Positions 58,498-64,000 of a DNA stretch of 64,000 nt are shown here, in pieces. The notes beneath the pieces were generated by a model. It was not told the origin of the DNA, ran no database searches, and saw nothing but the letters and a program-made list of their open reading frames with translations. Position 1 is the stretch's first letter. Each line of letters begins with the position of its first letter. This DNA is from Candidatus Zhuqueibacterota bacterium. Lineage in GTDB: Bacteria > BS750m-G25. The translations under genes were made by a program, and so were the position numbers. The stretch covers positions 13,533 through 77,532 of the forward strand of contig JADHWK010000006.1 in NCBI GenBank assembly GCA_016783505.1, in the 5' to 3' direction.

Positions 58498-58660
58498 AAA
58501 ACCGTTGAAACGGTTAAGAATGACGTTTTGGGTTTCGTTTAACCCCCAGTTAAAACTGGGGGTTATTTATTACTAATTTGGACACAGTAGCCCCCGAATT
58601 AATTCGGGGGTTAACGATTTCTTAACAACTTAACAACAGAAATAACCGATTTATCGGTTT
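58498..58660. repeat. REP-like hairpin cluster
   Basis: AACCGTTGAAACGGTT; AACCCCCAGTTAAAACTGGGGGTT; GTAGCCCCCGAATTAATTCGGGGG; AACCGATTTATCGGTT. Confidence 0.8.
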
Positions 58661-59000
58661 TGTTTACTGCACAGTATAAAATTTACCAAAGTTTGGTGAA
58701 TAATACTATATTCGAACTACCCGGGCAATATCCATATTCCCTTCAATAAAATCAAAAAGCCCGAAATTAACCAAACATTCGGGGATTTTTGATAGTCAGT
58801 AATAAAAAAAGATGTTGCTTTTTAGAGAAATTTTTTTTATTATACATCGAATATGATAATCTTTAACTTTGGCTCTATTTAGATTTCCCCCTCTTTATTA
58901 AAGGGGGGAATAAGGGGGGATTTCAATGGGGCACTTTGAGAAAGGTCAAAAGATTCAGAAATAGGATTTAGTGTTGAACTGTTGCGGGATTGGATAGACT

Positions 59001-60491
59001 ATGGAAAAGATTCCTCTTTCAGACTGGATTGCTTTTGGGGGGTTACTTTCAGGCCTTTTCGTTTTTGTGGGGGCGGCGGAGAAGATCCGGTCCCGGCTGG
59101 GCTGGCCGGGCGAGGTGACCAGGAAGTTAGTGCACGTGCTGGTAGGGGTGCTGGTGTTCTCTACCCCCTTCTTTATCCAATCGCCTATACCCCTCTATAT
59201 TCTGGCCATCATCTTCATCGTAGTGAACTTCACTACCACAAAATTTGGACTGCTGAAAGGAATGCACGACACCGAACGGGTGACCTATGGAACTACATAT
59301 TACCCCATAGCTTTCCTGTTTTTGGTCCTCTTCTTCTGGAAAGACTACAAGGTCGTCCTGATGGCGGCCATGCTCATTCTGGCCCTGGGGGATGCAGCGG
59401 CCACTTTAGTGGGAAAAAATATTAGGGGAGCGCACATCTATTATTTCAGCAAAGCGAAAAAATCTGTCGAAGGGTCATCCACCCTGTTTCTCCTTACCGT
59501 AATAATCACTTTGTTGTGCCTTCATTATTTGGGATATATAGATGGTCTAAAGATTCATTTTCCGGAGGCCCTGTGGATAGCGGTGTTGACGGCCATCGGG
59601 GCTGTGGTGATTGAGGCCCTCTCCGGATACGGATTGGACAATCTGTTCACCCCCTTAGGTGCTGCCTTCATAACCCATTTCATGATCGTCCACGGACCGG
59701 TGACCAACCTGTACTTCACCCTGGGGATGATCTTTGCCCTGGTCGTGGTTATCATCTCCATTAGGGCTAAATTCCTGGAGCTGGGGGGGGCAGCGGCTAC
59801 CTTTCTTTTGGGATGGGCTATTTTCGGGATCGGGGGCTGGTCCTGGGCGTTACCCATCCTGGTCTTCTTCTTCCTATCCAGCATTATCTCCAAACTGGGA
59901 AAAAACAAGAAAAAGGAATACGAAGGGCTGTTCGCCAAGTCCAGCCGCAGGGACCTGGGCCAGGTACTGGCCAACGGGGGGGCGGCGGGGTTACTGATGC
60001 TCGGGTGGAATTTTTTTTCTAACGATCTATTCTATCTTCTGTATCTGGGCACGCTGGCGGCGGTAACGGCCGATACTTGGGGCACCGAAGTGGGCCTCTG
60101 GATCGGGGGTCAGCCGCGGTCGATCCTTTCCTTCAAACAGTTACCCAAAGGGGCCTCCGGCGGCATAACCCTACGGGGAACCCTGGGGGCTGCCGTGGGG
60201 GCGGGCCTCATCGCCCTGACCGGCTATGGGCTGCGACCGGACCTGATCGGGATTCGGATAGGGACCTTTATCGCCCTCAGCGGTCTTTTAGCCAGCTTAG
60301 TGGACAGCGTCTTAGGGATTACCATTCAGGCCCAGTATGAATGCCCAGTCTGTCAAAAACTAACGGAGCGGGCCAGGCACTGCGGGGATCGGGTCACTGA
60401 GCTGAAATCGGGCTTCCCCTGGATTGATAATGATATGGTCAACTGGGGCTGTGCTCTGTCGGGAATTTTTCTCATGTGGCTGTTGGTGTAA
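59001..60491 (+). CDS. Phytol/dolichol kinase-like domain fused to DUF92 (TMEM19-like) membrane domain
   Basis: TRKLVH, GDAAATLVG, KSVEGS, GLDN; RDLGQVLANG, ADTWGTEVG, SGGIT, DSVLG, DNDMVN. Confidence 0.85.
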   Translation: MEKIPLSDWIAFGGLLSGLFVFVGAAEKIRSRLGWPGEVTRKLVHVLVGVLVFSTPFFIQSPIPLYILAIIFIVVNFTTTKFGLLKGMHDTERVTYGTTYYPIAFLFLVLFFWKDYKVVLMAAMLILALGDAAATLVGKNIRGAHIYYFSKAKKSVEGSSTLFLLTVIITLLCLHYLGYIDGLKIHFPEALWIAVLTAIGAVVIEALSGYGLDNLFTPLGAAFITHFMIVHGPVTNLYFTLGMIFALVVVIISIRAKFLELGGAAATFLLGWAIFGIGGWSWALPILVFFFLSSIISKLGKNKKKEYEGLFAKSSRRDLGQVLANGGAAGLLMLGWNFFSNDLFYLLYLGTLAAVTADTWGTEVGLWIGGQPRSILSFKQLPKGASGGITLRGTLGAAVGAGLIALTGYGLRPDLIGIRIGTFIALSGLLASLVDSVLGITIQAQYECPVCQKLTERARHCGDRVTELKSGFPWIDNDMVNWGCALSGIFLMWLLV

Positions 60492-60524
60492 CTATAAGGA
60501 ATGAAAAACCGCTGACGAATTAAT

Positions 60525-60598
60525 GATAGCCCCCAGTTTTAACTGGGGGTAAGTAAGTCCGAAGTTTAAAACGTCATTTTTAACCGTTTCAACGGTTT
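60525..60598. repeat. Inverted copy of the 58498-58565 REP-like unit
   Basis: AAAACGTCATTTTTAACCGTTTCAACGGTTT matches the reverse complement of 58499-58529 at 30/31; CCCCCAGTTTTAACTGGGGG. Confidence 0.8.
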
Positions 60599-60660
60599 AT
60601 TATATTAATCCATTCAAAAAAACATTTTTGCTAAGGTTTAGTATTTATGAAGGAGCAGCC

Positions 60661-62850
60661 ATGAAAAGCACAATCTGTAAGGTATTTATCCTGTCCCTCG
60701 TTTTTTACCTGGCCGGTTGTTATGAAAAGCAAAGGATATGGGTCCTGGAAGGGCCGGAAAGCCCCCCCAAAATTTTAAGCCACGATCTTTCCCTTGAAAT
60801 TGACCCTACCAATCATACCTTGAAGGCTACCGACCAATTTCAGACCCAGGGATCCAAGGGGGGCCAGTTCTTCTTTTTTCTGAACAAAAACCTGTCCATT
60901 GAAAGCTTAGCCCTTGAGGGGACAGGGGTGATCTTTGAGACCGCGGACACCTTTAACGTAAGAGACTATGAAAAAGTGGTGGACGAGGGGGTAATAGAGG
61001 CCTACGGGCGCGCCAGGCTGATTACTTTCCCCCTTCCCCAGAGTGGGGACAGTTCCTTTTCGGTAACGGTTGCCTATCGAGGGATTATCTACGACACCCT
61101 GGGGGTAGCCCGGTTCTCCAGGGGGGAGGTGGCCGATCAGACCACCGGTTTAATCGGGGATGAGGGGGTCTACCTGAGCCCCGACGGATTCTGGTATCCT
61201 AAGGTCCCGGAGTCCTTCTCTACTTTTAAGGTGACCTCCCTCACCCCGGTGGATTTTGAGACCGTCACCCAGGGAAAGCGAATCCTTCACCAGCTTCAAG
61301 GGGACAAGCTCAGGACCGTCTGGGAAGCGGTCCATCCCTCCGATGGCCTTTACTTCATCGCCGGTCGCTATGAAGTGACCCGGGAGGATCATAACGGGGT
61401 GATGGTCTACGCTTTCTTCTTCCCCGAAGAACGGGAGCTGGTTCCCCAGTACATCGGTGCCGTTAAACGGTATCTGGATATGTACAGCCGGATGTTGGGT
61501 CCCTATCCCTACGCCAAGTTTGCGGTGGTGGAGAACTTCTTTCCTACCGGCTATGGCATGCCCTCCTACACGTTGCTGGGAAGAGCGGTCATCCGATTGC
61601 CGTTTATTGTTTACACCTCCCTGGGGCATGAAGTGCTTCACAACTGGTGGGGCAATTCGGTGTTTGTGAACTATGCCACCGGAAACTGGTGTGAGGGGCT
61701 GACCACTTACTTAGCCGATTATTACTATAAAGAACAGCAAAGCCCCGAGGCGGCTGAGGGATACCGGAAGGGGCTACTCAAGGATTATTATAGCTATGTT
61801 AATCCTGACAACGACTTTCCCCTGATCCAGTTCAGGGAGCGTACCACCCCGGCCACCCGGGCGGTGGGCTACGGGAAGGCGGCCATGGTGTTCCACATGA
61901 TGAGGAAGATGATCGGGGATCAAAATTTTTTCCTTGCCTTAAAGAATATCGTCCGGGAAAAGAGCTGGCAGAAGGCCTCGTGGGCGGACTTTCAAAGGGT
62001 TTTTGAAGAGCAGGCCGGCGAGGACTTTTCCTGGTTTTTCCGCCAGTGGGTAACCGAGGGGGGAGCCCCAACACTTGTTCTTAAGAAGGTAGATTACGTT
62101 CAGTTGGGGGGAGTCAATCAGTTTAATATCCACCTGACCCAGGAAGGGAAGTTTTACCGGCTGCTGGTGCCCATTCGTTTGACCACCGAGAGCGGGTCGG
62201 TGGATACGGCGGTCTGGCATGACGGTGGGGTGAAGGTGATCACCCTGGAAACAAAAGGGAAACCCATCTCACTGGAGATTGATCCCGACTTCGATATCTT
62301 CCGGCGGCTGGACCGGGGTGAAATCGCCCCCACCTTAAGTTTGGTGCTGGGGGATAAAAACCAACTGATTATCTTACCAACAGGAACGACCGAAGAGAAA
62401 AAGCAAGCCTACGCCGGGATCGCCGGGCGGCTGGGACGTACGGGAGAAGCGGTAGTAGTGCCCGACACCGGGGTCACCGAAGATCAATTGCGGGGAAATT
62501 CCTTTCTCCTGCTGGGGGGGCCCGGGGAAAACAGGGTGGTGGATGCGTTGGGACCTCCAAGTTACGATTTTGCTTTGACCGTAAAAGGGTATTCTTTAGT
62601 CGGACGGGAATATAAAGACGGGGATTTCAGCGTAATGGTGGCCCGCTACAACCCCTGGAACCCTGATAAGGGGGTGGTGATCTACGCCGGTTTAAGCCCG
62701 GCGGGGATTTCTGCCGCCGGCGGCAAACTGATCCACTACGGGAAATATAGCTATTTGGCCTTTGACGGTGGGAAAAATGTGGCCAAGGGGATCTGGAGGG
62801 TGACTGAAAGTCCTCTGGTTTACAGATTTAAACCTGGGTCCGAAAATTAA
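60661..62850 (+). CDS. M1-family aminopeptidase, probable lipoprotein
   Basis: Lipobox LAGC; GYGMP, HEVLHNWWG-x-EGLTTY zinc motif, YGKAAMVFHM. Confidence 0.9.
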   Translation: MKSTICKVFILSLVFYLAGCYEKQRIWVLEGPESPPKILSHDLSLEIDPTNHTLKATDQFQTQGSKGGQFFFFLNKNLSIESLALEGTGVIFETADTFNVRDYEKVVDEGVIEAYGRARLITFPLPQSGDSSFSVTVAYRGIIYDTLGVARFSRGEVADQTTGLIGDEGVYLSPDGFWYPKVPESFSTFKVTSLTPVDFETVTQGKRILHQLQGDKLRTVWEAVHPSDGLYFIAGRYEVTREDHNGVMVYAFFFPEERELVPQYIGAVKRYLDMYSRMLGPYPYAKFAVVENFFPTGYGMPSYTLLGRAVIRLPFIVYTSLGHEVLHNWWGNSVFVNYATGNWCEGLTTYLADYYYKEQQSPEAAEGYRKGLLKDYYSYVNPDNDFPLIQFRERTTPATRAVGYGKAAMVFHMMRKMIGDQNFFLALKNIVREKSWQKASWADFQRVFEEQAGEDFSWFFRQWVTEGGAPTLVLKKVDYVQLGGVNQFNIHLTQEGKFYRLLVPIRLTTESGSVDTAVWHDGGVKVITLETKGKPISLEIDPDFDIFRRLDRGEIAPTLSLVLGDKNQLIILPTGTTEEKKQAYAGIAGRLGRTGEAVVVPDTGVTEDQLRGNSFLLLGGPGENRVVDALGPPSYDFALTVKGYSLVGREYKDGDFSVMVARYNPWNPDKGVVIYAGLSPAGISAAGGKLIHYGKYSYLAFDGGKNVAKGIWRVTESPLVYRFKPGSEN

Positions 62851-62961
62851 ACACTGAAAATCACTGAATTGTTGATTGCTAATTGTTAAAACCGAGGCTC
62901 CTGCAGCAATCAGCAATTAGCAATCATTTCACTATCGTTTAGTGTTTTCCGAATCTAGATT
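62831..62961. mobile_element. Heptamer-repeat MITE-like element, copy D (supplies the M1 gene's last codons and stop)
   Basis: AACCTGGGTCCGAAAA...shared core with one fewer left unit...TTCCGAATCTAGATT. Confidence 0.75.
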
Positions 62962-63014
62962 TAACGACCTTTGCTTCAGTATTTACTCTGGTTTACAAAT
63001 TCGAAGGAGACGCT

Positions 63015-64000
63015 ATGGAGACGGAAAAGCCTATTCAGCTTCCCAAGAATGCCTTTACTGAACTGAAGCCCGGGGAGACCTATACCCCCATCATTACCGC
63101 TGAAAGAGGGGTGGCCGAGCTTACCCTCCGTTCGGTGGTTTTTGGACTGCTGATGGCGGTGCTGTTCTCGGGGGCGGCCGCCTACATTGCCCTCAAGCTG
63201 GGCCAGGGGATCGAAACTGCTATTCCCATTGCCATCCTGGCGGTGGGCTACTCGGCGATGTTGGCCCGCAAAAGCACCCTGATCGAGAATGTCAATATCC
63301 TGGCCATCGGGGCCACCTCGGGGATCATCGTGGGGGGATCGGTGTTCGTCATGCCCGCCATTTACATACTCGGAGTAGAACATCTATCCAGTTTCTTCCA
63401 AATTTGCCTGGTGCCCCTGTTCGGGGCTGTTCTCGGAGCCCTGTTCTTGATCCCTTTTCGGCGTTACTTCGTCGCTGACCAGCATGGTAAACTCCCCTTT
63501 CCCGAGGCCACCGCTACCACCGAGGTATTGGTGACCGGGGAGAGGGGGGGCAAACAAGCCAAGGTGCTGGTCTATGCCATGGCTATCGGGGGCCTTTTTG
63601 ACTTTATCGGACCCTCCATGCATGCCTGGGCCGAGAATTTCACCACCTCCCTCATCGGTGCCCTCTCCACTTTGACCCACAAAATAAAAGCCGTCTTCTC
63701 GCTGAACACCTCAGCGGCCATCTGCGGGCTGGGTTACCTCATTGGGGTCCGCTACGCCGCTATCATCCTGGCCGGGTCCATGATGTCCTGGTTTGTGCTG
63801 GTCCCCCTGTTCGCCCACCTGGGAGGCTTTATCCAGGGACCCATTTCCCCTGACCTACAGCCTTTATCGAAGATGAGCGCCGAAGATATTTTCTACAACT
63901 ACGCCCGCTACGTAGGCATCGGTGGCATTTTCGCCGCCGGTCTTATTTCGATCCTAAAAATGTCATCGGTGATCGTCAAGGCCCTCCGCCAGGCGTTCGG
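63015..64000 (+). CDS. OPT-family oligopeptide transporter, N-terminal part (runs off window)
   Basis: Manual translation METEKP...ELTLRS...YIALKLGQGIETAIPIAIL...LPFPEATATTEVL; AAGGAG RBS; absent from ORF track because no stop is in the window. Confidence 0.9.
   Translation, partial: METEKPIQLPKNAFTELKPGETYTPIITAERGVAELTLRSVVFGLLMAVLFSGAAAYIALKLGQGIETAIPIAILAVGYSAMLARKSTLIENVNILAIGATSGIIVGGSVFVMPAIYILGVEHLSSFFQICLVPLFGAVLGALFLIPFRRYFVADQHGKLPFPEATATTEVLVTGERGGKQAKVLVYAMAIGGLFDFIGPSMHAWAENFTTSLIGALSTLTHKIKAVFSLNTSAAICGLGYLIGVRYAAIILAGSMMSWFVLVPLFAHLGGFIQGPISPDLQPLSKMSAEDIFYNYARYVGIGGIFAAGLISILKMSSVIVKALRQAF

Noticed and set aside
394-63680. Numerous short overlapping or antisense ORFs in the track (e.g. 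17394-17693, 51821-52639, 62976-63680)
   Set aside because: They are shadows of well-supported genes on another frame or strand and have no recognisable motifs.

Overview
A 64 kb chromosomal window from a Gram-negative bacterium. It is probably from the FCB superphylum (KSB1/Zixibacteria-like); this is inferred from many secreted proteins with NYPNPFNP C-terminal sorting domains plus PorV-like and GWxTD proteins. Housekeeping genes include recG (3' part), parAB, mazG, a yhaM-like nuclease, smc, moxR-DUF58, sppA, an M1 peptidase and an OPT transporter. Secreted proteins include S8 and C25 peptidases, cohesin/dockerin proteins, an LVIVD propeller and a beta-helix protein. Several genes are decaying. 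The most notable region is 24.8-30.1 kb. It holds tRNA-Val and four tRNA-Asp copies, three of which have the same 12 nt replaced by a TCC(C/T)GA-TGGT-TCGGGA hairpin. A small GIY-YIG nuclease gene ends inside the intact tRNA-Asp. Between the last two copies lies an AT-rich island encoding a putative DNA-binding/cytidylyltransferase fusion with a palindromic operator, a second cytidylyltransferase, an organophosphate MFS transporter and a porin. Other highlights are a 126-bp tandem-repeat LVIVD gene with an invariant framework and two hypervariable loops, a shared 205-bp CTD+terminator cassette, and a candidate four-way-junction leader RNA. Intergenic regions carry many nested palindromic mini-elements: REPs with a RAYT, a 4-copy heptamer MITE, and a 207-bp MITE with a GGGC target duplication. 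No CRISPR array, rRNA or reverse transcriptase was seen. All calls are from reading the sequence, with no database searches.
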